Part shown: positions 44,087 through 53,750 of the stretch, piece by piece
How the letters are laid out: each line of letters starts with the position of its first letter
How positions within the stretch are numbered: the first letter of the stretch is position 1
Virus record (IMG/VR): IMGVR_UViG_3300029993_000005
Coordinates: 124,001-188,000 of that record
DNA: 64,000 bases
Reading direction: 5' to 3' (one strand)
Program-made: the position numbers and the translations under genes
The notes under the pieces: generated by a model
Database searches by the model: none
What the model was told of the DNA's origin: nothing
Seen by the model: the letters and a program-made list of their open reading frames with translations, nothing else

Positions 44087-46755
44087 GCCTCGATGTTCAG
44101 ACCAATTACAAATACCATATAGGTCGAACTAGTCGTGTCGTAACGGACGGCCACCAAATCAACACCCGACGCGGTGAAAGTAGGTGCTGTTCCTCCATTT
44201 GCGAACTGAGTACCCGACGGCCAACTGATGGTCGACGAACCCCCGTTAGTTATCCGCAAGCAGATGATCTGTGATAGACCGGCAGCCAGCGTATTAGTGA
44301 AGGCAAAAGTCAAAGCCCCAGTCACAGTCAACGTCCATTCGGTAGCGGATACTAAGTTCAACGTCTGTGTACCCGACACTGAACCTAGAGCAACCACAGT
44401 GTAGCTGGAGGCCACCGTCTCTACACGTCCCGTAAACTGTGGGCTAGCAATTGGCGCACCGCCTACACCAGTCACGTCAGAAAGTTGCAACGTAACGGCA
44501 CCTGTACGAGTATTGAAGCTTGTAACAGAAGCTGAACTAAGTTCATTCAGAACAAACGCGCAGGTTGCTAATTGGGTGCTATTGGTTCCATTTGCTGCGG
44601 TTGGTGCCTGTGGAATTCCCGTGAATGTTGGGCTAATTAAGTTAGCAGGCGTATAAGTCAGTGCACCAGTTACGTCCGTAAAACTTAGGTTCACCGCACC
44701 TGTTCTGGAATTAAAACTAGTTACACCAGCACCACTAACCGCAGCAGTAACAAAAGCCGTCGTTGCTACCTGAGTTGTGTTGGTACCCGACGTAGCTGTT
44801 GGCGCTGTTGGAACTCCGGTTAACGCCGGACTAGCTAGAAGTGCACCGCCAGCGCCTGTGATATCTGAAGCTTCAAAAGTAATGGCCCCGGTTCTTGAGT
44901 TAAAACTTGTTACTCCAGCTGATGCAGCAATAGCGGAAGTAACAAAAGCTGTGGTCGCCAACTGAGTATTGTTGGTGCCCACCGTTGCCGTTGGTGCCGT
45001 AGGCGTACCTGTGAACGCTGGACTAGCAATGTTGGCCGGAGTGTACGTTAGAGCCGTCGTTATATCTGAATTGGTTAGAGTTACTGCCCCTGTTCTCCCA
45101 TTAAATGAAGTGACACCGGAACCGGCAATAGCAGAAGCAACAAAAGCAGTGGTTGCTAATTGATTCGTTGACGTGCCAGGCGTAGCCGTTGGAGCCGAAG
45201 GAACACCTGTAAATGTAGGGCTGGCTAGCAGTGCTCCACCTACACCAGAAATATCCGAGGCTAAAAAGGTGATAGCCCCTGTTCTTGAATTAAAAGAAGT
45301 AACAACACCTGAGGCTAATGTGGCCTCGACAAAAGCGGTTGTTGCTATTTGTGTGGTCGAGGTACCCAGGCTTGCTGTCGGAGCTGTCGGTACACCAGTC
45401 AACGAAGGATTAGCCAACGGAGCATAACTGTTGGAAATAAATGCCGTCGTTGCTAGTTGCGTAGTGGACGTACCTGGACTAGCAGTTGGTGCCGTAGGAA
45501 TCCCTGTAAATGCAGGACTAGCCAACAAGGCTCCACCAACACCCGTTAAATCGGAAACCAAGAAAGTCACTGCACCCGTTCTGGAATTGAAAGATGTGAC
45601 TGTATTTAATCCCAATTCAGCTAGGACAAAGGCTGTGGTTGCGATCTGGGTATTGTTGGTGCCTAGACTTGCTGTAGGGGCCGCAGGAACGCCTGTAAAT
45701 GTAGGGCTGGCTAACGGTGCGGGATTAAAACCCAAGGCCGTTGTGACGTCTCCTGACGCTAATACTATGGCCCCCGTTCTTGAATTAAAAGAAGTCACTG
45801 GCGAACTGGAAGCCGCTACATTCAACAGACCGCCAGAAGTAATGGTCAAGGTGTCACCAATCTGGACAACACCTAATTGCGTGGTTGTCGCTATTTGGGG
45901 ACTAGGTGCCACACTAGTTGCGGTTCTTTCAAAGACCGAGAACAGGTCTCCAACAATTGGAGGACTCATTAAAGGGTTGACGAAACCCAGAGTCACGAAA
46001 TTTCCACTGATCACCGTTGTCTGAACATAGCGACAAATACTGTACAAGTTCCCGGTCACAAATTCCAGAATGACCTGACCTAGATACGAAGGGGTCATTG
46101 CTTCAACGTAGTCGGACAGGGCAATAGTCACCGACTGTGTGTCGAACGAAGTGATGGTCGCCGTTGCTTGGTTAGCAAAATTGTAGGCATCGAAATTCCA
46201 CAGGCCCGTCTGATTTGTGTAGGCTAGAAATGACGATTGATAATTCGTTATTCCGCTGATCACATAAGCATTAGGAGTTGCCTGGTTGCTCGGCGGTAAA
46301 TAGTCAGGACTACCTAGAACAGCCATGCGGAACGCGTTATCGGACTCAGCGAATTGCAACCACATCGCGTAGTTTTGTCCCACCATCGATAGATAGCAGT
46401 CGATCCGGATAGAATTACCTGGCGGTGTAATTGCAGCTGCTAATTTGACTACCAATTCGTTACCAGCACCCAAAGCGAATAGTGTGCCGTCCTCAGTGAA
46501 CAGTCCTACTTCACCGAAAGAGAAAGGTCCGAGTTCAGCATTCAGGAACAAAGAATAAACAACTATGTTGGCTGTGACCGGTGTTGGCAAACTCGGTGTC
46601 ATTGAGAATACCAAGGATCCATGAATGTTGGTATCTGTTGCTTCAGGCACGTAATTAAAGGCAGATCCTAATTCGGCAGTAGTAATAGTGATAGGACCTG
46701 TATCCGCGTTTAGAAGAGCGGCACCCGCGTCCGTCAGTTGAAATAGAAAGCTCAT
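44083..46755 (-). CDS. Long tail fibre with DUF3751-like anchor and SFNSRTGA/ASPTFTG repeats
   Basis: FQLTDAGAALLNA...GPFSFGEVGLFTEDGTLFALG; C-terminal ISWPSGTQFANGGTAP. Confidence 0.85.
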   Translation of the reverse strand: MSFLFQLTDAGAALLNADTGPITITTAELGSAFNYVPEATDTNIHGSLVFSMTPSLPTPVTANIVVYSLFLNAELGPFSFGEVGLFTEDGTLFALGAGNELVVKLAAAITPPGNSIRIDCYLSMVGQNYAMWLQFAESDNAFRMAVLGSPDYLPPSNQATPNAYVISGITNYQSSFLAYTNQTGLWNFDAYNFANQATATITSFDTQSVTIALSDYVEAMTPSYLGQVILEFVTGNLYSICRYVQTTVISGNFVTLGFVNPLMSPPIVGDLFSVFERTATSVAPSPQIATTTQLGVVQIGDTLTITSGGLLNVAASSSPVTSFNSRTGAIVLASGDVTTALGFNPAPLASPTFTGVPAAPTASLGTNNTQIATTAFVLAELGLNTVTSFNSRTGAVTFLVSDLTGVGGALLASPAFTGIPTAPTASPGTSTTQLATTAFISNSYAPLANPSLTGVPTAPTASLGTSTTQIATTAFVEATLASGVVTSFNSRTGAITFLASDISGVGGALLASPTFTGVPSAPTATPGTSTNQLATTAFVASAIAGSGVTSFNGRTGAVTLTNSDITTALTYTPANIASPAFTGTPTAPTATVGTNNTQLATTAFVTSAIAASAGVTSFNSRTGAITFEASDITGAGGALLASPALTGVPTAPTATSGTNTTQVATTAFVTAAVSGAGVTSFNSRTGAVNLSFTDVTGALTYTPANLISPTFTGIPQAPTAANGTNSTQLATCAFVLNELSSASVTSFNTRTGAVTLQLSDVTGVGGAPIASPQFTGRVETVASSYTVVALGSVSGTQTLNLVSATEWTLTVTGALTFAFTNTLAAGLSQIICLRITNGGSSTISWPSGTQFANGGTAPTFTASGVDLVAVRYDTTSSTYMVFVIGLNIEA
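44696..44862. repeat. 167-bp perfect repeat copy 2
   Basis: Identical to 37011-37177. Confidence 0.9.
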
Positions 46756-46776
46756 TGCCTATCCTTTTAATTTATT

Positions 46777-48651
46777 TTAATAGCCGATGACAATCCAGGT
46801 GCAGTCTACAACGGCGTGTGGCTCTATGGCCCCAGTAGTGCAGCTATATGGCGCTGTATAGACACCGATCTGCACAAGCGGATTACCGGATGTATATGCT
46901 GATACCGAACAGGAGAAACCAGATACTCCAACGTCGGAGGCGACCCCACCCAAGTAAGCTGTTGTGAACGCTATAGGAAGCGTCTGCACCACGACGTTCA
47001 CACCAGCCGCTATAGTTGTCACACCCCACTGAATGATGAATGATTTACTGGAACCGCCTATCGGTATCTCGAAATACCCAGGATTACCAAACGAGCCGGT
47101 GAAGTCAGCCAAGGGCGCAAAGTTGCCGGAGATGGCAGCCAATGCAGCTGCGACAAAAGCAGTACTAGCAAGTTGAGTTGAATTTGTACCTGGATTTGCT
47201 GTTGGTGCTGACGGAACGCCCGTGAACGTAGGGCTGGCCAGTAGTGCTCCACCAGCACCCGTAATATCAGAACCAGTCAATGTCACAGCACCTGTGCGTG
47301 AATTAAAACTAGTCACAGCTCCACTAACACTCAAAACACCAGCGCCAGTCACAGCTAGTCCTGAACCAACAGAAACAATTCCGGGGACACTAGTTGTAGC
47401 AATCGGAGGTAGCGGAACGACAACATTCCCTGAACCATCAGCGGCCACGCTGTTGACTTTTAATACAGGGCTAAAGCCAATATCTAATGTTCCGTCACCG
47501 GCAACCGTAATATGTCCATTCGATGAGGCCTTGACTCCACCCAACACAGACGTTGTGGCTATGGGCAAAACATAAGTTCCGGGCGCACCAATCAAACTAG
47601 AATATAGACCCGTGGTTGCTACCGTAGCTAGACCCGGAATATCCGAGGCTACAAGTGCAACATTACCAACCTGACCGTTGACGGATATAACGGGGCACGA
47701 ACTAGGGTTAATGTTTAACAGGCCCTGGCTAGTGACAATCAATGAAGTTCCGATCTGTACGGCCCCCAAGGAACTCGTGGTCGCAATCGGTAAATTAGGA
47801 ATTGTGGTGGATAGTTGTTGACGTCCAAATACTGTAATTTGGTCACCCACTATTGGATAAATCATGAGTGGATTCACGAAACCCAGAGTCACGAAGTTTC
47901 CACTAATAACAGCCGACGAAACATAACGACAAATACTATAGAGCGCACCTGTCACGAATTCAAGAATGACCTCACCTAAATATTCCGGATTCATGCCCGA
48001 TACATAGGAGGCCAAAGGAATTGTTACACTAAAAGCATCGAAAGAAGTGATAGCTGCTGATGCTTGATTAGCGTAGGCATAGGCATCGAAATTCCACAGT
48101 CCAGTTTGATTTGTGTATGCTAGAAACGAGGACTGTGAACTGGTGACACCACTAATTATGTACGCATTGGGAGTAGCTTTATTGGACGGTGGCAAATAAT
48201 CAGGACTACCAAGAACCGCCATCTGAAATTGATTATTTGACTCTCCTAGCTGTAGCCACATTTCGTAGTTCTGACCCACCATCGATAGATAACAATCAAT
48301 GCGAATTGAATTCCCAGGAAATCCTACGGACTGTGCTAATTTATAAATTAGAAGATTGGAAGCACCTAGTGCAAATAAGGTTCCATCACCAGTAAAGAAT
48401 CCAACCTCACCAAAGTCAAATGGACCAACCTCGTAGTCCAAGTAAATAGAATAGCGAACAACGTTTGCTGTTGCAGCTACGGGCAAGCTAGGGGTAGTCT
48501 CGAAAATTAGTGATCCATGAATGTTGGTATCCGAGGGCTGCGGAATGTAGTTAAAGGCCGATCCCAGTTCACAATTGGTAAGTACAATAGGTCCAGTATT
48601 AGCATTTAGAAGCGCGGCACCTGCCGTTGTAAGCTGAAGAACAAAACTCAT
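46777..48651 (-). CDS. Tail fibre with DUF3751-like anchor and IIQWG...PIAF tip
   Basis: N-terminal ~290 aa closely similar to 44083..46755; GYFEIP...FIIQWG...LPIAF. Confidence 0.8.
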   Translation of the reverse strand: MSFVLQLTTAGAALLNANTGPIVLTNCELGSAFNYIPQPSDTNIHGSLIFETTPSLPVAATANVVRYSIYLDYEVGPFDFGEVGFFTGDGTLFALGASNLLIYKLAQSVGFPGNSIRIDCYLSMVGQNYEMWLQLGESNNQFQMAVLGSPDYLPPSNKATPNAYIISGVTSSQSSFLAYTNQTGLWNFDAYAYANQASAAITSFDAFSVTIPLASYVSGMNPEYLGEVILEFVTGALYSICRYVSSAVISGNFVTLGFVNPLMIYPIVGDQITVFGRQQLSTTIPNLPIATTSSLGAVQIGTSLIVTSQGLLNINPSSCPVISVNGQVGNVALVASDIPGLATVATTGLYSSLIGAPGTYVLPIATTSVLGGVKASSNGHITVAGDGTLDIGFSPVLKVNSVAADGSGNVVVPLPPIATTSVPGIVSVGSGLAVTGAGVLSVSGAVTSFNSRTGAVTLTGSDITGAGGALLASPTFTGVPSAPTANPGTNSTQLASTAFVAAALAAISGNFAPLADFTGSFGNPGYFEIPIGGSSKSFIIQWGVTTIAAGVNVVVQTLPIAFTTAYLGGVASDVGVSGFSCSVSAYTSGNPLVQIGVYTAPYSCTTGAIEPHAVVDCTWIVIGY

Positions 48652-48722
48652 GATTTGGCCTCGGGTTGAAATTTAATATTGCTTATATCCGTAAAATTGC
48701 GCATTTTCCTCAAAGGCTTTTA

Positions 48723-49622
48723 ATGACCCGTATACGCCCCCTATCATCACATTCAATTGGTTCTGACTTCGTTCAGGTCTACCGAGAGGCTATGGCTGAA
48801 CAACTAGTAACCGACAAAAATACACCGCACAGGGTCTTGAACTTGCGTCCCTCACAAATGCCGTTCTGTCCTCTAAATTTCTTTATTCAGCATGCAGTTC
48901 GCGGCCTCTATAGAGACCTGGACATGAAGGGCACTTTCTATACGTCTGTAGGGACCACTGTTCATGAAGTACTTCAGAATTTTCTGTGCAGAAGCGGAAG
49001 ACTACTAGCCGACTACTATTGTCGTGAATGTGATACCTGGCACCGCTTTTCATACGTCCATGAATGCTGTGAGTTTCCAACCGCGTACCATGAAGTCTCA
49101 ATAAAGTGGGGAGGTGTGCAGGGGCACATCGATGCTGTCTACCAAGATAGAAAAGGGAAACTTTGGGTATTAGATTTCAAAACAACATCAATTGACGGAG
49201 CTGAGGCCAAGAAAAAAGATCCAGGGGTAGCCTACAGAGAGCAGATCGAGACTTACGCTGTATTGTTCGAACTTCAGTACGGCTTGCAAATCGAAGGAAT
49301 CATGGATGCCTTTATTATTCGTGACAATCCAGAAAAAGATCCCGTGATATGGGCACGTCCACTAACCGATGCACTAAGGTCCAAGGTAAAGACCCGGCTG
49401 AACAAATACAAACGTATGCACAGAGATGCGCTGGATGCAGAGACTGGCCCAGAAGTAGTAGCTTTGTTGAATTATGGACGTTGTGTTGATCCTTATTGCA
49501 AGGTCTGCAAGCTTAGCGATGCATCGTTGAGGACTCGTCTTAAGCACGCGTATCGAATGGGTAAAGCCAATGGCAACGTGCCGATCCGGGCAATGGCTAA
49601 CCGTGCATTGTCTAGTAAATAA
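48723..49622 (+). CDS. Cas4/RecB-like PD-(D/E)XK exonuclease
   Basis: LRPSQMPFCP, GTTVHE, GHIDAVY...VLDFKTT, YREQIETYA; start approximate. Confidence 0.8.
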   Translation: MTRIRPLSSHSIGSDFVQVYREAMAEQLVTDKNTPHRVLNLRPSQMPFCPLNFFIQHAVRGLYRDLDMKGTFYTSVGTTVHEVLQNFLCRSGRLLADYYCRECDTWHRFSYVHECCEFPTAYHEVSIKWGGVQGHIDAVYQDRKGKLWVLDFKTTSIDGAEAKKKDPGVAYREQIETYAVLFELQYGLQIEGIMDAFIIRDNPEKDPVIWARPLTDALRSKVKTRLNKYKRMHRDALDAETGPEVVALLNYGRCVDPYCKVCKLSDASLRTRLKHAYRMGKANGNVPIRAMANRALSSK

Positions 49623-49674
49623 AGAGTGAGTTAATGATTGACACGTACACGTAAGATAGACTACGGAGAATGTC

Positions 49675-49863
49675 TTGGAACTACGCGAATTCATATTGCA
49701 GGAAAAGGAATTGCTAGACGGCTTTGCTTGGACCTACGCACAGCACATAAAGAAAGGAAAGGCCTTGACCAATATAAGGCCTGCAGAAGAATGGACCATA
49801 TTATTAACCGAATATTTGGAGACCCGAAAAGATGGCAATCAAAGACAAAGTGAAGCTGCCTGA
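49675..49863 (+). CDS. Small hypothetical protein (alternative frame 49638..49853 also open)
   Basis: GGAG RBS before TTG 49675; frame choice uncertain. Confidence 0.35.
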   Translation: MELREFILQEKELLDGFAWTYAQHIKKGKALTNIRPAEEWTILLTEYLETRKDGNQRQSEAA

Positions 49864-50080
49864 ACGTCAGCCTGAAAGCCTCACTGTAACAGTTTCAAGA
49901 ACAGCTCAGATTCGGCAATTCGAACCTGTTCATGTGTCAGTGACTCAGGTCTATACCGTGGGCGACAGCATAAGTATTAGTTCATTGCGACGGACGGCCC
50001 TAGAGGCTATCGGCTCAGCAGTTGAGCAGGCAATTGACAAGGAGATTGACCGATACTCAACGCACGTAAGAGACGATTAA
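49832..50080 (+). CDS. Hypothetical protein
   Basis: VTVSRTAQIRQFEPVHV motif; operon position. Confidence 0.55.
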   Translation: MAIKDKVKLPERQPESLTVTVSRTAQIRQFEPVHVSVTQVYTVGDSISISSLRRTALEAIGSAVEQAIDKEIDRYSTHVRDD

Positions 50081-50081
50081 C

Positions 50082-50321
50082 ATGGGTCGCTACGATACGG
50101 TGTACTTTAATTGCCCCGCGTGCTCGGACCTCAATTCTGAGCAAACGAAAGTCGGAGCCTGCAAATTCGACGGTTATCCAATAACTGAAGTTCCAGCTGA
50201 AATTGCTAAATCCATTCTCAATGATTGGACCACCTGTTACTGCCAACACTGTGGAACCCACATCGTGTTCGGTCACATAGACAATCAAATAATCCCATTA
50301 GTTTGTAGAGAGCACGCATGA
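50082..50321 (+). CDS. Small Zn-ribbon protein
   Basis: CPAC...EQTKVGAC...CQHC. Confidence 0.6.
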   Translation: MGRYDTVYFNCPACSDLNSEQTKVGACKFDGYPITEVPAEIAKSILNDWTTCYCQHCGTHIVFGHIDNQIIPLVCREHA

Positions 50322-51472
50322 CCACAAAAAAAGTAGAAGACGTAGACTCCACAGATAATTCTAATAGACTGGCCCTCAAGTACAGGCCTCGCACGTTCGC
50401 ACGAGTCCTAGGCCATGAGACGGTCGTGACCCGTCTTAGGGGCATGGTTGCCAAAGGCACACTGCCCTCTGTTATTGCATTCTTTGGGCCACCGTCAGCA
50501 GGCAAGACAACGCTAGCCCGTGTTCTAGCCGCAGAATTCAATGGACGACCAGTCGAACAACAACCGTCGTTCAAAGAGTTAAATGCGGCAACTCAGCGTG
50601 GAATTGATGATGTACGTGATCTAGAAAAACTCTCCAAGTTTAGACCCATGGACTGCAAGCAACGATTCATCGTTATCGATGAGGCCCAGCAGTTCATGAG
50701 CAATGCTGTGGCAGCGCAGGGATTGCTCAAGCCTATGGAGGAACCGGGGAAAAGCACAACTTGGATTATTTGTTCCATGGAGCCTGATAAGTTTCAGGGT
50801 TCTAAAGTCGGGCGTGCAATCCTTAGTAGAGCTACACAATTTGTGCTTAATCCACCTACAGCCTCGGACATGCTGAAACAGGCATTACGCATAGCCAAGG
50901 GTGAGTCCATGGACTATGTATTGACTGAAGACCGATCTATTCTGAAGGCTATCGTAAAGGCTAGCAATCAAGAACTGCGAGTAGTCGCCAACTTAATGGC
51001 CGACCTTCAGAATTACTACGATGGACTGGGGGTCAAGCCTAAGTTTCTTTCAGCCGAGAATGTCTCTGACGTCTTGGCCTCAACCGAAAGCTCAGATGAC
51101 GAAGTAGCGTTGAAGTTCATGGTTGCTTTGTATTCTCTAAACTATAAGAAACTACAGCGAGCACTTTTAGACGTTACAGATGGTTTTGGTTTCATAAAAA
51201 AGATTTGTTGGTTATCCTCATTTATTCTAAATACTGAAGTCCTGGACGGTGTACGACATTCGAAAGTTTGGTCCTCACCCTTAAATAAGAAACTGCATGT
51301 TCAAGTAAAGGCCATGAACACGAGTTTTGATTTGATAGCCCAAGTGAATGCAAAGCTGATCCAGGTCCAGGGTCTGTCCATGCAATTCCAGGTCCAGGCC
51401 ACCGAGCTTTTATCCTCCGAATTGTATGGGTTTATTAAGAGTGTTTGCTATCGTGATCGTGAAGTTAAATAA
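50318..51472 (+). CDS. Clamp loader ATPase, DNA Pol III gamma/tau (DnaX)-like
   Basis: LALKYRPRTF, GPPSAGKTT (Walker A), IDDVR, VIDEAQ (Walker B), LLKPMEEP, ILSR. Confidence 0.9.
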   Translation: MTTKKVEDVDSTDNSNRLALKYRPRTFARVLGHETVVTRLRGMVAKGTLPSVIAFFGPPSAGKTTLARVLAAEFNGRPVEQQPSFKELNAATQRGIDDVRDLEKLSKFRPMDCKQRFIVIDEAQQFMSNAVAAQGLLKPMEEPGKSTTWIICSMEPDKFQGSKVGRAILSRATQFVLNPPTASDMLKQALRIAKGESMDYVLTEDRSILKAIVKASNQELRVVANLMADLQNYYDGLGVKPKFLSAENVSDVLASTESSDDEVALKFMVALYSLNYKKLQRALLDVTDGFGFIKKICWLSSFILNTEVLDGVRHSKVWSSPLNKKLHVQVKAMNTSFDLIAQVNAKLIQVQGLSMQFQVQATELLSSELYGFIKSVCYRDREVK

Positions 51473-51488
51473 CAGCAATAGGTAACAT

Positions 51489-53750
51489 ATGAACGTAGTC
51501 CACAGTATCAGACTAAAAGACGTAGGTGTTTTTAAAGACGTCGAGCTTAAGGTAGAGCCTGGCATTACAGTTCTGTACGGACTGAACCGAAGTGGTGGAC
51601 GAGCCTCAAAGAACTCGAATGGTGTGGGCAAGTCCCTGATTACCAGTTCTTTGGCTGATCTCTTGTACGAGGAGCCTATTGTTGGTGAAAAGTCTGATCG
51701 TATGCGTGTCGGTAGCCGTTATACGTCGTTCACCGATTATAGGGGACGTAAAGTAGACTTGAGTCGAGTTATGAACGGGCGTTCCGAAAAGATTGGAATT
51801 TCTGTTGATGATAAAGAATTAAAGCTTAGGACGTCTACCTACAACAGACAGACCCTGAAAAAGCTGTGGCCTATTAGTCAAGAAGAATATCAGACCTACG
51901 TTCATATAGATGGTCGAATTCCACACCCCTTGGTCATGGGAAAAAGCGTTGAACGCAAAGCATTCTTTACTGCGTTCTTCGGCTTGGACAAAATGGATGC
52001 TGAACGCAAACTCTACACTGCTGAATTATCCAAATTATCCAAGATAAAATCTGCGTTCCAAGAATTAAGGACTGCTTACACTAAAGCAAAATTAGATTTA
52101 TTGGACACCGAGGCAGAGACTCAAGTCACTGAGCTGGTCACCAAGTACAGACAGCAACTAAAGAACGTACAGCAACGGTTCAATAAGGCACAAGACATAT
52201 TGCGTTTACTGAACTTTGCGACATCCGCAAAGTCCCATATCTCTACATTGGCCAAGGCCTGTGGGGGGACTATAACGGAGGAAGAGGTTGAACGCTGTGT
52301 GTCAGATAATAAATGGGAATTGAAGAAAGCTACTTCCGACCTAGAAGACGCTGAGAACTGGACGCTATACCAACGCGAAACTTCGAACTACACAAAGGCT
52401 ATCGAGAAATTAAGTAAGAGCACGAGAGCTAGGATAGAAAAATATGGAGTCAAGAAGGCCTTGACCCTGGCTAAAGCGAAGACCAAAGAGCGACGCGAAC
52501 TTCTTCATAAATCAGAAGAACTAAGAGAAGAAATAGGCACCGCCAAATATGCATTAGACCGATTAAAACTCGAACGCGTGATGAGACCTCAAGGGGAATT
52601 AGCTGATCTTGAAACAGCGCTTAGGTCCTACGTGCATCAGTTGGAACATGCCTTACAGTTCAAGTCGGGTACGTGTGAAACTTGTGGGCAATCTGTGACA
52701 GTAAAAGACCCGAGGACCCTAGAGTCCAAGGTCACTAAATTGAGGTCGCAAATTGAACAGCATAGGACCTACACTGAGTTCAAGAAGGCCCAGGCAGAGA
52801 GAACTAAACTAACAGAGATTTTTACATCGGCTAGTGCTGAACTTGAAGAGGTAAAAGCTAAAAGTTTAGCATTAACTACATGGTCTTCTGTCTACGAAGA
52901 ACTGATTGATCTTCCGTCCAAACCTTCTCCGTTTGAAGGCAAGAAATTGCAGGCTGAGGTCATGCGCAGGGTCATGGCTGAATTAGTTGAGCGCAGATCC
53001 TTGTTCGATTATTTAGTGCCCCATCTAGAAACTATTCTTGAGTTCCAGGCATTGACCAAAGACGACTTGGAGTTGGCTACCCAAGTTGATGATATGTCAG
53101 AACGCATGAATCGGGTTCAAGAGCGGTTGGCTAAGGTTCAGGTCAAGCTTGAAGTGCATAAAACGGTGAAGACTCGTATCTCTGAAATGAGAACCCGTCT
53201 TGTATCAATGAAGCACGAATTAAAAGACGAACCGGCACTTAAGTTATTAGTCCAAGGTTTCCAAGATAAGGTCATGAAGAAGATGGCTGTCGAGGCTATT
53301 GGTCAACGCTTAATGGCATTAGTCAACACTTATGCGGCAGCAGCCTTTCCTGAGAACTATAGGTTCGAGATTCAATGGGGTTCACAAGTCGATATCTTGG
53401 TTCATCGAAAATATGGCAAGCGTGTATTGACGTCAGATGTTCGAAAACTCTCTGGTGCCGAATCTACAATATTTACACTGATATTGGTATGTGCACTTTT
53501 TGCTTTCGTTCCGTCACACAAACGCTGCAATCTTTTGATACTGGATGAACCGAGTGCTCGTCTATCGAAAGAAATGACTGACGTACTGCAACACTTGCTT
53601 AAGGTCCTCAACAAATTCATACCTTCAATCATTGTTGTGACGCCTAAAAACGATGAAATTTTTGAGGGTGCCCGAGCACTCACAATTGTCAAACAGAATG
53701 GTTACGCAACAATTAGATCGGGTTTCCCTCATCAACAAACTAGCAATTGA
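51489..53750 (+). CDS. SbcC/Rad50/T4 gp46-like recombination ATPase
   Basis: NGVGKS Walker A, CETC zinc hook, LSGAE signature, LILDEP. Confidence 0.9.
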   Translation: MNVVHSIRLKDVGVFKDVELKVEPGITVLYGLNRSGGRASKNSNGVGKSLITSSLADLLYEEPIVGEKSDRMRVGSRYTSFTDYRGRKVDLSRVMNGRSEKIGISVDDKELKLRTSTYNRQTLKKLWPISQEEYQTYVHIDGRIPHPLVMGKSVERKAFFTAFFGLDKMDAERKLYTAELSKLSKIKSAFQELRTAYTKAKLDLLDTEAETQVTELVTKYRQQLKNVQQRFNKAQDILRLLNFATSAKSHISTLAKACGGTITEEEVERCVSDNKWELKKATSDLEDAENWTLYQRETSNYTKAIEKLSKSTRARIEKYGVKKALTLAKAKTKERRELLHKSEELREEIGTAKYALDRLKLERVMRPQGELADLETALRSYVHQLEHALQFKSGTCETCGQSVTVKDPRTLESKVTKLRSQIEQHRTYTEFKKAQAERTKLTEIFTSASAELEEVKAKSLALTTWSSVYEELIDLPSKPSPFEGKKLQAEVMRRVMAELVERRSLFDYLVPHLETILEFQALTKDDLELATQVDDMSERMNRVQERLAKVQVKLEVHKTVKTRISEMRTRLVSMKHELKDEPALKLLVQGFQDKVMKKMAVEAIGQRLMALVNTYAAAAFPENYRFEIQWGSQVDILVHRKYGKRVLTSDVRKLSGAESTIFTLILVCALFAFVPSHKRCNLLILDEPSARLSKEMTDVLQHLLKVLNKFIPSIIVVTPKNDEIFEGARALTIVKQNGYATIRSGFPHQQTSN

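Noticed and set aside
28438-46024. Long opposite-strand ORFs (e.g. 28438..28758, 33431..34099, 37404..37799, 45431..46024)
   Set aside because: Antisense shadows of Ala/Thr/Gly-rich fibre genes; no RBS or domain features.
36590-47340. CRISPR-like array suggested by recurring GAATTAAAACTAGT/GAATTAAAAGAAGT repeats and a Cas4-like gene
   Set aside because: The repeats are codons for the SFNSRTGA fibre motif inside long ORFs, degenerate and irregularly spaced. Solo Cas4-like nucleases are common phage replication genes.
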